From the NCBI GenBank assembly GCA_903874895.1, contig CAIQUG010000007.1:24326-88325 (forward strand): a stretch of DNA of 64,000 nt, read 5' to 3'. This DNA comes from an uncultured Caulobacterales bacterium. Its GTDB lineage: Bacteria; Pseudomonadota; Alphaproteobacteria; Caulobacterales; Caulobacteraceae. Below, one piece after another: positions 28,013 to 35,799 of this stretch; the first letter of the stretch is position 1; every line of letters starts with the position of its first letter. The notes beneath the pieces are model-generated. The model saw only the letters and a program-made list of their open reading frames with translations. It was not told the origin of the DNA and searched no databases. Position numbers and translations under genes: made by a program.

Positions 28013-28225
28013 GTGAACCTGTTCCGGGAGCAGACGCCGGAGGACGAGCGCCGCCACAACCGCATCTCAGGCGGGCAGGTGACCGCCCAGGCGCTGACGG
28101 CCGCTGACAAGCCCGCGGTGCTCAGCAATGGCGTCCGCACCGCCGCGCCGCCCGACTTCACCCCCGGCGCCCGGATCGTCGCGCTGACAGAGGACGGGTC
28201 CTACCTGGAACGCGCCAAGGACTAG
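28013..28225 (+). pseudogene. chimeric remnant: tesB 5' fragment fused in frame to an efp 3' fragment
   Basis: 28013..28104 aligns to tesB 29941..30032 at about 85% nt identity ([31 protein letters not shown] vs ENLFRGQTPEDERHHNRIYGGQVIAQALMAA). 28107..28225 aligns to efp 25834..25952 at about 81% ([38 protein letters not shown]). The last 34 nt before the stop are identical to efp. Confidence 0.85.
28190..28223 (+). repeat. right copy of the 34-bp perfect direct repeat
   Basis: Identical to 25917..25950. Confidence 0.9.
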
Positions 28226-28231
28226 GGATCC

Positions 28232-28342
28232 GCGTCCTTCGAGATGGGCCGTTCCGGCCCTCCTCAGGATGACGAAGGTGTGGAATTTATCACGGTCGTC
28301 ATGGTGAGGAAGCCCGGAGGGCGGTCTCGAACTACGCAGACC
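28232..28342. repeat. REP/MITE-like palindromic intergenic element, full copy
   Basis: The left arm gcgtccttcgagatgggccgttccggccctcctcaggatgacgaaggt is near-identical to 51748..51795. The right arm (…ggtcgtcatggtgaggaagcc…ggtctcgaactacgcagacc) is its imperfect reverse complement, so the element can fold as a hairpin of about 110 nt. Confidence 0.8.
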
Positions 28343-28407
28343 CGATTGCCCCCCGGCCCGCGCAGGCGGATACTCGCCCCACCGCTCCCCGCGTGTGAGG
28401 CCGTCCC

Positions 28408-29817
28408 ATGAACCCGCCGCTCAAACCCCATCGCGCCCGCCCCGAGGCCGTTGCTGCGGTGCTGGCCGCCCTGCAGCCGGTGTTCGGCGACCGGATCAGC
28501 GCCAATGTCTCCCTGCGGGAACAGCATGGCCGGGGCGAGGGCCTGCGGGATCTCGCCATTCCCGACCTGGTGGCCTTCCCCCTCACCACGGACGAGGTGG
28601 CCCAAGCCGTCCGCGCCTGCGTCGCCCAGCGTCTGCCGATCATCCCGTTCGGGGCCGGGACCTCGCTGGAGGGGCATGTGAGCGCGCCCTTCGGCGGCCT
28701 CAGTCTCGACCTGTCGCGGATGGATGAGGTGCTGTCCGTCAATCCCGACGATCTGGACTGCCGGGTGCAGGCCGGGGTCACGCGACTGCAGCTGAACCGC
28801 CACCTCCGGGACCAGGGGCTGTTCTTTCCCATCGATCCCGGGGCCGACGCCACACTGGGGGGCATGGTCTCCACCCGGGCCTCCGGCACCAATGCCGTGC
28901 GCTATGGCACCATGCGGGAGGTGACGATGGGCCTCACCGTCGTCACGCCGCAGGGGGCGGTGATCACCACCGGCGGCCGGGCGCGGAAATCCTCCGCAGG
29001 CTATGACCTGACCCGCCTCTATTGCGGGGCCGAGGGGACGCTGGGGGTCATCACCGAGGTGCAGCTGCGCCTGTTCGGCGTGCCGGAGACGATCTCCGCC
29101 GCCACCTGCCAGTTCGATACCCTGTCCGGTGCCGTGCAGACCGTGATCGCCGCCATGCAGTGCGGCATTCCCATGGCGCGGATCGAGTTCGCCGACGCCG
29201 CCACCCTGGACGGCTTCATCCGGTTCTCGAAGCTGGAGGGGCTCGAGCCCCTGCCGACCCTGTTCCTCGAGTTCCACGGCGGGCCGCAGGCGGTGGCCGA
29301 GCAGATCACCCAGCTCCGGGCCATCGCCGACGAGCACGGCGGCCGCGCCTTCGACTTCGCCGAGCGGGAGGAGGACCGCAACCGCCTGTGGAAGGCCCGG
29401 CACGAGGCCTACTACGCCGGCATGGCCCTGCACCCGGGGACGGAGGCCATGGTCACTGACGCCTGCGTGCCCATCTCCGCCCTGGCTGCGGCCATCGACG
29501 ATTGCGACCGGCTGGCGCGGGAGGCGGGGCTGAACGCCCCCATTGTCGGCCATGTGGGCGATGGCAACTTCCACATGTTGATCCTGTTCGACCCCGCCGA
29601 CCCCGCCGCGCGGGATCGGGCCGAGGCGCTGGCCCAGGCGGTCAGCGTCGTCTCCCAGTCTCACGGGGGGACCTGCACCGGGGAGCACGGGGTGGGGGTG
29701 CACAAGCTCGACGCCCTGATCCGCGAGCATGGCCCGGCCATTCCGGTGATGCGCGCCATCAAGGACGCCCTGGATCCGCTGGGGCTGATGAACCCGGGCA
29801 AGACCGTGCCGGGCTGA
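28408..29817 (+). CDS. FAD-linked oxidase (GlcD / D-lactate dehydrogenase family)
   Basis: 469 aa. FAD-binding PCMH-type region: PIIPFGAGTSLEGH, GMVSTRASGTNAVRYGTMRE. C-terminal GGTCTGEHGVGVHK. Confidence 0.85.
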   Translation: MNPPLKPHRARPEAVAAVLAALQPVFGDRISANVSLREQHGRGEGLRDLAIPDLVAFPLTTDEVAQAVRACVAQRLPIIPFGAGTSLEGHVSAPFGGLSLDLSRMDEVLSVNPDDLDCRVQAGVTRLQLNRHLRDQGLFFPIDPGADATLGGMVSTRASGTNAVRYGTMREVTMGLTVVTPQGAVITTGGRARKSSAGYDLTRLYCGAEGTLGVITEVQLRLFGVPETISAATCQFDTLSGAVQTVIAAMQCGIPMARIEFADAATLDGFIRFSKLEGLEPLPTLFLEFHGGPQAVAEQITQLRAIADEHGGRAFDFAEREEDRNRLWKARHEAYYAGMALHPGTEAMVTDACVPISALAAAIDDCDRLAREAGLNAPIVGHVGDGNFHMLILFDPADPAARDRAEALAQAVSVVSQSHGGTCTGEHGVGVHKLDALIREHGPAIPVMRAIKDALDPLGLMNPGKTVPG

Positions 29818-29889
29818 CGCGCCTCTGGCCGCAGCTTGCCCCCTCCGCTGCACCGGAGTAATCCACCCCACCACCCTGCGGAGCCCCCC

Positions 29890-30759
29890 ATGAGCGCGAT
29901 CCAGACCCTGATCGACATCCTGACCCTGGAGAAGATCGAGGAGAACCTGTTCCGCGGCCAGACTCCCGAGGACGAACGCCACCACAACCGCATCTATGGC
30001 GGACAGGTGATCGCCCAGGCCCTGATGGCCGCCTATCGCACGGTGGAGGGGCGGCGCTGCCACTCCCTGCAGGCCTATTTCATTCGTCCCGGTGATCCCA
30101 AGGCCCCGGTGCTGTACGAGGTGGAACGATCACGGGAGGGACGCAGCTTCACCACCCGCCGGGTGATCGCCATCCAGCACGGGGAGCAGATCCTGAACCT
30201 GGCCGCCTCCTTCCAGGTGGACGAGCCGGGCTATGAGCACCAGTCCCCCATGCCCGATGCGCCCCTGCCGGAGGATGTGCCCAGCGATGCCGAGCGTGCC
30301 GCCTCTGCAGCCGACGATACGCCGCCCCAGCTGAAGGAGCTGGTGGCGCGGGACTTCGCCATCGAGATGCGCCGGGTGGATCCGGTCAATCCCCTGAAGC
30401 CGGAAAAGGCCGAGCCCTATCAGCGCGTCTGGTTCCGGGCAGGGGGCGAGGTGGGGGACGACCCGGCCCTGAACCAGTGCGTCATCGCCTATGCCACCGA
30501 CATGTCCCTGCTGGCCACCTGCGCCCGGCCGCACGGGGTCAGCTGGATGACCGGCGTGCAGATGGCGAGCCTCGATCACATCCTGTGGTTCCACCGGCCG
30601 AGCCGTGCCCGGGACTGGCATCTGTACGTGCAGGACAGCCCGTCCGCCGGGGGTGCGCGGGGCTTCAATCGCGGGTCGATCTACACCGCTGAAGGCCTCC
30701 TTGTGGCCAGCGCCGCCCAGGAGGGCCTGATCCGGCCGCGCCCGTCGAAGCACGGGTAA
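29890..30759 (+). CDS. tesB: acyl-CoA thioesterase II
   Basis: Double-hotdog TesB pattern: LEKIEENLFRGQ...YGGQVIAQAL, SLQAYFIRPGD, SLDHILWFHRP. Start set at the ATG at 29890. Confidence 0.9.
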   Translation: MSAIQTLIDILTLEKIEENLFRGQTPEDERHHNRIYGGQVIAQALMAAYRTVEGRRCHSLQAYFIRPGDPKAPVLYEVERSREGRSFTTRRVIAIQHGEQILNLAASFQVDEPGYEHQSPMPDAPLPEDVPSDAERAASAADDTPPQLKELVARDFAIEMRRVDPVNPLKPEKAEPYQRVWFRAGGEVGDDPALNQCVIAYATDMSLLATCARPHGVSWMTGVQMASLDHILWFHRPSRARDWHLYVQDSPSAGGARGFNRGSIYTAEGLLVASAAQEGLIRPRPSKHG

Positions 30760-30981
30760 CTATAGGCTTGGGCGATAGAATTCAACGGGATAACCTTGAG
30801 GTGTATTTATTTGGTCTAACAAATCAATTACATAAACATTCATTATCATCGATTTCGTAAATATAACTGAATTCGAAATGTTAATTCGCCGACCCTTAGT
30901 GTAGCCACAGATGATATCTGATGTGCTGCGCCGGATGCTTGCGGCTTGATCGCGAAGGTCCTGCGCCTGGAGGCGGAGGGG

Positions 30982-33522
30982 ATGATGCGGCGGATCGGAC
31001 GTGGACTGGCGGCGATCGGTCTGGGGTGGGCGATGATGGCGGGCCCGGTTCAAGCCACACAAGTGTCTTCCACGGCCCCCGCAACCGCTCAAGTCATCAT
31101 TGACAGTATCTCGGCGCGCGTGAAGCCGTCCTACCCTCAAGATCTTCGTGACTACGCGCGTGCGGCGCTCAAATTGCGCGGCCGCGAACGGCTGAGACGA
31201 CTTTTATTGGTCGAATGCGAATTTTCGGACATTTCTCCGGAAGAGGCAAAATTCTGGCTGAATAAATTGAAGGAGATTGCCAGCGAAGAACATGATCTGA
31301 GATATTCCAGATTGGCGGATGTCGAGTTAACAAGATTTTCTTCAGCGGATTACGAGTCCGGAATTCGTGATTTGCGCCGAAAATTCGGCGATGATGCTGA
31401 CTGGATGGTGCGTGTCTTCAGCATGGAAGAGGTCGTTTCCGGACTTGTTGCGAGTGGGCACCCGCATGACGCCATTGTTCTTGTTGACAAGGCGCGAGCG
31501 CAAATTCCGCCCTCCGACCCGGACGCAGCACAGCAGTTGAACTTTCTCGCAAGGGGGCGAGCCTATGCGCTGTCAGACATCGGCGACATGGACGGTGCCC
31601 TGCGAGCCCTGTCTGATGCGGAATTCCAGTATCGCCATCCTGTCATGCCGGTCGGTGCCATCGGCACCTTGGCCATACTCGCCAAGATCGGCATCCGATT
31701 GGAAGACGAAGGCATGGCCCGGGGGGCCTACGCGACCCTTCGACATATTCTTCCCGTTGGAAAGGACCCGGACGAAATCACCGACGATATCCATCATTGT
31801 CAATCCATCGAGCAGATGTTCGGAACGCCGGAGCGATTGCTGACGTGTGGCAAGGGTGTTGATTTTGCGCGCCTGCGCCCGAACGAATATACCGAATTCG
31901 CCTATGCGAGCCGCGGGCTTGCCTATGCCCAGCTGGGGCGCACGAAGGCGGCGGAGGCAGATGCGGCCCGTCTGGCAGAACTGGCTCGCACGGGCATCAG
32001 GCTCGAGGACATTCCTCCAGAGGAGCGATTGAGGGCCTGGCTCGCGGCGCGACGGGGTCATGCCGTCGAGGCCGTCACGATCCTTGATCGGTATTGGAAG
32101 CGTGAGACGGCCACACGGAAGAGGGAGTTCCGCAAGATCGTTCCCGAGCTCACGGGAGCCCTGCAGAAGGAGCTCGATCTCTCCCGCCGCAACGCCCAGC
32201 AGCAGTCCACCATCATCCTGTTCCAGTGGGGCATGGGGGTCGTCGTCGCCCTGATCTGCGCCGCCACCGTTGCCGTCCTGATCTGGCAGCGGCGGCTGAA
32301 CCGCGAACTCCTTGCCGCCAATGCCCGGGCCGAAGCCGCCCAGCACCGGGCCGAGGAGGCCAATGCGCTCAAGTCCCAGTTCTTGGCCAATGTCAGCCAC
32401 GAGGTACGCACGCCCCTGAACGGGGTGCTGGGCATGATCCAGGCCATCGCCGCCGACGAGCTGAACCCCGTGCAGCGGGAGCGGCTGGAGGTGCTGCGGG
32501 GCTCCAGCCGGGGCATGCTGACCATCCTCAACGACCTCCTCGACCTCGCCAAGATCGAGGCGGGCAAGCTGACCCTGGAGAGTGTGGAGTTCGACCTCGC
32601 GCCCGTGGTCGAAGGCTCCCGCCACGCCTTCTGGGCCGCCGCCGAGGCCAAGGGGCTGGACCTGGAGCTGACGGTGGAGGCGGACGCCCGGGGCCTCTAT
32701 CGCGGCGATCCCACCCGCCTGAGACAGGTGGTGGACAACCTGGTCTCCAACGCCATCAAGTTCACCTCGGAGGGCGGGGTCTACGTCACCTTCGCCGCCA
32801 CCGGGGCGGGGACGGGCCTGCGCCTGTCGGTGCGCGACACCGGCATCGGCCTGACGCCGGAGGCGGCGGGCAAGATCTTCGCGAAGTTCGAACAGGCCGA
32901 CGCCTCCACCACCCGCAAGTTCGGGGGCACGGGGCTCGGTCTGTCCATCTGCCGGGAGCTGGTCCATGCCTTCGGCGGAGAGATCACCGTGACCAGCCTG
33001 CCGGGGGAGGGGACGACCTTCACGGCCGAGCTGCCCCTGCCGCGGATCGGGGACAGCCCGGCTCCGGGGGCGGACGCCGACGGGGCCGAGGCGGCCGGGC
33101 TGGAGGAGGCGGGGGAGGGTCTGCGCATCCTGGCGGCGGAGGATCATCCGGTGAACCAGCTGGTGCTGCGGACGCTGCTGTCCCAGCTGGGCTGCGAGGT
33201 GACCCTTGTCGGCGACGGGGCCCAGGCGCTGGAGGCGTTCCGCACCGCCCGCTGGGACGTGGTGCTGATGGATATCCAGATGCCCAACATGGACGGGCTG
33301 GAGGCCACCCGGGCAATCCGGGCGCTGGAGCGGGGAGAGGGCCTCGGCCGCACGCCCCTGGTGGCGCTCACCGCCAATGCCATGCCCGACCAGATCGCGG
33401 AATACCGGGCGGCGGGCTTTGACGACCACCTGTCCAAGCCCATCGACGCCGGCGACCTGCTGGCCGTCCTCAACCGCGCGCTGGCCGGCTATGCCGAGAT
33501 GCCGGAGCGGGAGATCGCTTGA
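30982..33522 (+). CDS. hybrid sensor histidine kinase with a large periplasmic sensor domain of unknown type
   Basis: Signal/TM MMRRIGRGLAAIGLGWAMMAGPVQA, then a periplasmic region of about 420 aa and a second TM (IILFQWGMGVVVALICAATVAVLIW). H-box VSHEVRTPLNGVLG, plus SNAIKFT, DTGIGL, GTGLGLSI. Receiver ILAAEDHPVNQLV...DVVLMDIQMPNMDGLE. GGAGGG RBS. Confidence 0.9.
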   Translation: MMRRIGRGLAAIGLGWAMMAGPVQATQVSSTAPATAQVIIDSISARVKPSYPQDLRDYARAALKLRGRERLRRLLLVECEFSDISPEEAKFWLNKLKEIASEEHDLRYSRLADVELTRFSSADYESGIRDLRRKFGDDADWMVRVFSMEEVVSGLVASGHPHDAIVLVDKARAQIPPSDPDAAQQLNFLARGRAYALSDIGDMDGALRALSDAEFQYRHPVMPVGAIGTLAILAKIGIRLEDEGMARGAYATLRHILPVGKDPDEITDDIHHCQSIEQMFGTPERLLTCGKGVDFARLRPNEYTEFAYASRGLAYAQLGRTKAAEADAARLAELARTGIRLEDIPPEERLRAWLAARRGHAVEAVTILDRYWKRETATRKREFRKIVPELTGALQKELDLSRRNAQQQSTIILFQWGMGVVVALICAATVAVLIWQRRLNRELLAANARAEAAQHRAEEANALKSQFLANVSHEVRTPLNGVLGMIQAIAADELNPVQRERLEVLRGSSRGMLTILNDLLDLAKIEAGKLTLESVEFDLAPVVEGSRHAFWAAAEAKGLDLELTVEADARGLYRGDPTRLRQVVDNLVSNAIKFTSEGGVYVTFAATGAGTGLRLSVRDTGIGLTPEAAGKIFAKFEQADASTTRKFGGTGLGLSICRELVHAFGGEITVTSLPGEGTTFTAELPLPRIGDSPAPGADADGAEAAGLEEAGEGLRILAAEDHPVNQLVLRTLLSQLGCEVTLVGDGAQALEAFRTARWDVVLMDIQMPNMDGLEATRAIRALERGEGLGRTPLVALTANAMPDQIAEYRAAGFDDHLSKPIDAGDLLAVLNRALAGYAEMPEREIA

Positions 33523-33574
33523 TCGGCAGGGGCGAACGCGGTCGTCCGTCCCGGGCCCCTGTGCGGAGGTGCCT

Positions 33575-34498
33575 CTATCCGGCCATCAGCACATAGCCGA
33601 CCCGCGGCGTGTGCACATGAACCCGCCCCACGGCCGGGTCGTCCCGGGCGATGGTGATGGAGCGGGCGGTCGCTGCGACCAGCGCGCCCCGCACCGGGTC
33701 GCGGCCGTAGTCGTCGGCCATGACCACAACCGTCGCGCCGGGTGCTAGGCCCGACGGGTCCGCAGGATCATGGGCGGGAGGCGTGACGGGCTCTGCCGAA
33801 CGGGCGATCTCGAGGGCTTCGGCACCGGTCAGCTCGGTCCGGTCCCCGTGGCCCAGGGCGCGCATCCGCTCGCTCCAGTCCAGAACCCGGGGCAGGCCCG
33901 CCAGCAGCTTCGCCGTGGTGGCGGGCACGTTGCGACCGGCGAACCAGATGTTCATGTAGGCGGCCGCGTCGGCCATCCCCGGACGATTGCCGGCCAGCCA
34001 CGGCCGGTCCGCCAGACCTTCCTCGATGAAGGCCGCATGCCCCCGGAACTGGGTGGCCATGAAGGGGACGGCCGCGGCCATGGCTGCGGGATCGAAGGGA
34101 CGTCCGGACAGCTGTTCGCGGTCCTTGATGAAGGCCTCGGGCACCTGGGCCCCCAGCTCGCCGAAGATCAGGGGCACGGCGGTCTGGAACATCAGCCGAT
34201 CCGCCCACAGGTTCAACGCCCAGTCGGTGCCGGTCACGGTCCGTGGGGCCGGCAGGCGCCGCTCGATCTCCGCCAGCATGATCTGGGTGTCGAGATAGAC
34301 GTCCGCGCCGATCTGCATCACCGGCGTGCGGCGATATCCCCCGGTGAGCGGCGTCAGGTCCGGCTTGGGCATGATCGAGGGAATCAGAACGGAACGCCAC
34401 GGTGCGCCCTTGATGCCGAGCAGGATCCGCACCTTTTCGGAGAAGGGCGAGGTCTCGTAATGGTGCAGGATCAGGTCGGAGGCGGTGGCTTGGGTCAT
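33575..34498 (-). CDS. glutathione S-transferase family protein with an extra C-terminal domain
   Basis: GST N-terminus: LILHHYETSPFSEKVRILLGIKG...RRTPVMQIGADVY. 307 aa. Confidence 0.7.
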   Translation of the reverse strand: MTQATASDLILHHYETSPFSEKVRILLGIKGAPWRSVLIPSIMPKPDLTPLTGGYRRTPVMQIGADVYLDTQIMLAEIERRLPAPRTVTGTDWALNLWADRLMFQTAVPLIFGELGAQVPEAFIKDREQLSGRPFDPAAMAAAVPFMATQFRGHAAFIEEGLADRPWLAGNRPGMADAAAYMNIWFAGRNVPATTAKLLAGLPRVLDWSERMRALGHGDRTELTGAEALEIARSAEPVTPPAHDPADPSGLAPGATVVVMADDYGRDPVRGALVAATARSITIARDDPAVGRVHVHTPRVGYVLMAG

Positions 34499-34617
34499 GG
34501 GCGGCAGTGTGGCCGTTGGTCACAGCCCTGACAAGATGGTCGTGCCGGGGCCGCGGCGGCCAAGTTCTGCCGCTTTCGGGGGGAATGGTCCACGCAATCA
34601 ATCGGGTCGGGGGCACC

Positions 34618-35307
34618 ATGAACAGTCAGTCGAGGACCACAGCGGTGGTCGCGGGTTTCGTTGCAGCCGCTCTGTTGCTGGTCTGTGCACCCCTCGCCGG
34701 TGCCGCGACGGCGGCCCGGACCGTGGAGCGCACGGCGGACAAGGTCTTCCCTTATCTGGAACCGTACCTGGCCCTGCCGCCGACGGAGCGGACCGGGTTC
34801 ACCCTCTCCTACCGCCTGCTCGAGCCGGAGACGCTGAAACCCGCGCCGGTCCGCCTGACCCTGCTGCGCGGTGCCGAGCCCACCGTGCTGCCGCTGGCGC
34901 CGGATGGCCGGATCGTCCTGCAGCCCGGGCTGACGGAGCTGCGCGCCCGGGCGAAGGTGACGCTTGAGATTGTCGGGGGCGGGCGGGTGACGGAGTCCCT
35001 CGACATCGTATCCACCCAGCCCCTGCGCAGCGATTATGCGGCGACCGACTTCAATGTGGGGCTGGCCCAGGCCAATGCCGGCGTGCGCAAGGCGGCGGGC
35101 CTGTTCAGCATCGCCGCGCCGCATTTCACCCGGGTGGTGTTCGTGGGGGCCGGATCCGGAGAGATGATCGATGCCGCCGGCAAGTCGCAGCCCTTGCCCC
35201 TGTCGAAGACCGGCCCGGCCTTTGATCCCGAGGCGCTCAAGAGCGCCCGGTCGATCCGTCTGGCGAAGACGCCGGACCGGATCGAATTCGCACCCGCCGG
35301 GAACTGA
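34618..35307 (+). CDS. secreted hypothetical protein
   Basis: Start at the ATG at 34618. Signal peptide AVVAGFVAAALLLVCAPLAGAA. No family recognised. Confidence 0.6.
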   Translation: MNSQSRTTAVVAGFVAAALLLVCAPLAGAATAARTVERTADKVFPYLEPYLALPPTERTGFTLSYRLLEPETLKPAPVRLTLLRGAEPTVLPLAPDGRIVLQPGLTELRARAKVTLEIVGGGRVTESLDIVSTQPLRSDYAATDFNVGLAQANAGVRKAAGLFSIAAPHFTRVVFVGAGSGEMIDAAGKSQPLPLSKTGPAFDPEALKSARSIRLAKTPDRIEFAPAGN

Positions 35308-35335
35308 CGGCAGGGCACGACGGCCGCGCCGTCAG
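35304..35335. terminator. candidate bidirectional hairpin between convergent genes
   Basis: CTGACGGcagggcacGACGGCcgcGCCGTCAG forms nested GC stems. No clear T-tract. Confidence 0.3.
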
Positions 35336-35351
35336 ACGCTCCCCCGCCGTC

Positions 35352-35588
35352 TCAGGGCTTCGGGCACTTGATGAACTTGCCCTTGGCGTCGCGGCAGGGC
35401 TTGGGCTTGGCGGCTTCCGGGGCCGGGCACTTGGTGAACTTGCCCTTGTCGTCACGGCAGGGCTTGGCCTTGGCTGCGGGCGCATCCGCCGCCCAGGTGG
35501 GTGTCGGGGCGGAGGCGAGGCCGAGGCTCGCGGCGGCAAAACCGGCGATGACCAGCGACATCATCGTTGACGTGATCTTTCCAACCAT
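35352..35588 (-). CDS. small secreted protein with a tandem KPCRDxKGKFxKCP repeat
   Basis: 78 aa. Signal MMSLVIAGFAAASLGLASA. Two copies of a four-Cys repeat, KPCRDDKGKFTKCP and KPCRDAKGKFIKCP. The DNA repeat units are 63 nt apart (35362 and 35425). Confidence 0.65.
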   Translation of the reverse strand: MVGKITSTMMSLVIAGFAAASLGLASAPTPTWAADAPAAKAKPCRDDKGKFTKCPAPEAAKPKPCRDAKGKFIKCPKP

Positions 35589-35799
35589 GCGGGGCGCTCC
35601 TGTGCTGTCCGCTCGGCGCGAGTCGGACTGTGTGGCCCCAGTATCGACGAGTTAGTCGACATTTCAATTACGGTACAAAATCTACACTTCAAGACGGACT
35701 TCCGGATCTGGAATACCCGCATGCGGCGTCCTTCGGAGATGCATTGTCTCAGACCGCGCAGGCGCTAAGCTGCCGGCCTGCTGAGGGAGAAACCGTCGT

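Noticed and set aside
27416-28225. A 269-aa plus-strand ORF, and its 84-aa sub-ORF starting at 27971, as a functional gene.
   Set aside because: The 5' two-thirds are antisense to the lipoprotein gene. The 3' part is a patchwork of diverged tesB and efp fragments with non-conservative changes and no convincing RBS or promoter. I treat it as a remnant and report it as a pseudogene or junction.
30829-30847. A possible Fur box (…ACATTCATTATCATC…) in the AT-rich promoter of the mosaic kinase.
   Set aside because: Only about 12 of 19 positions match GATAATGATAATCATTATC. In an AT-rich context that is not distinguishable from chance.
35725-35745. A short match (gcgtccttcggaga) to the REP element left arm, upstream of the first acylase.
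   Set aside because: Only about 12 nt are similar, with no extended arm or complementary partner. It is probably chance or a fully decayed relic.
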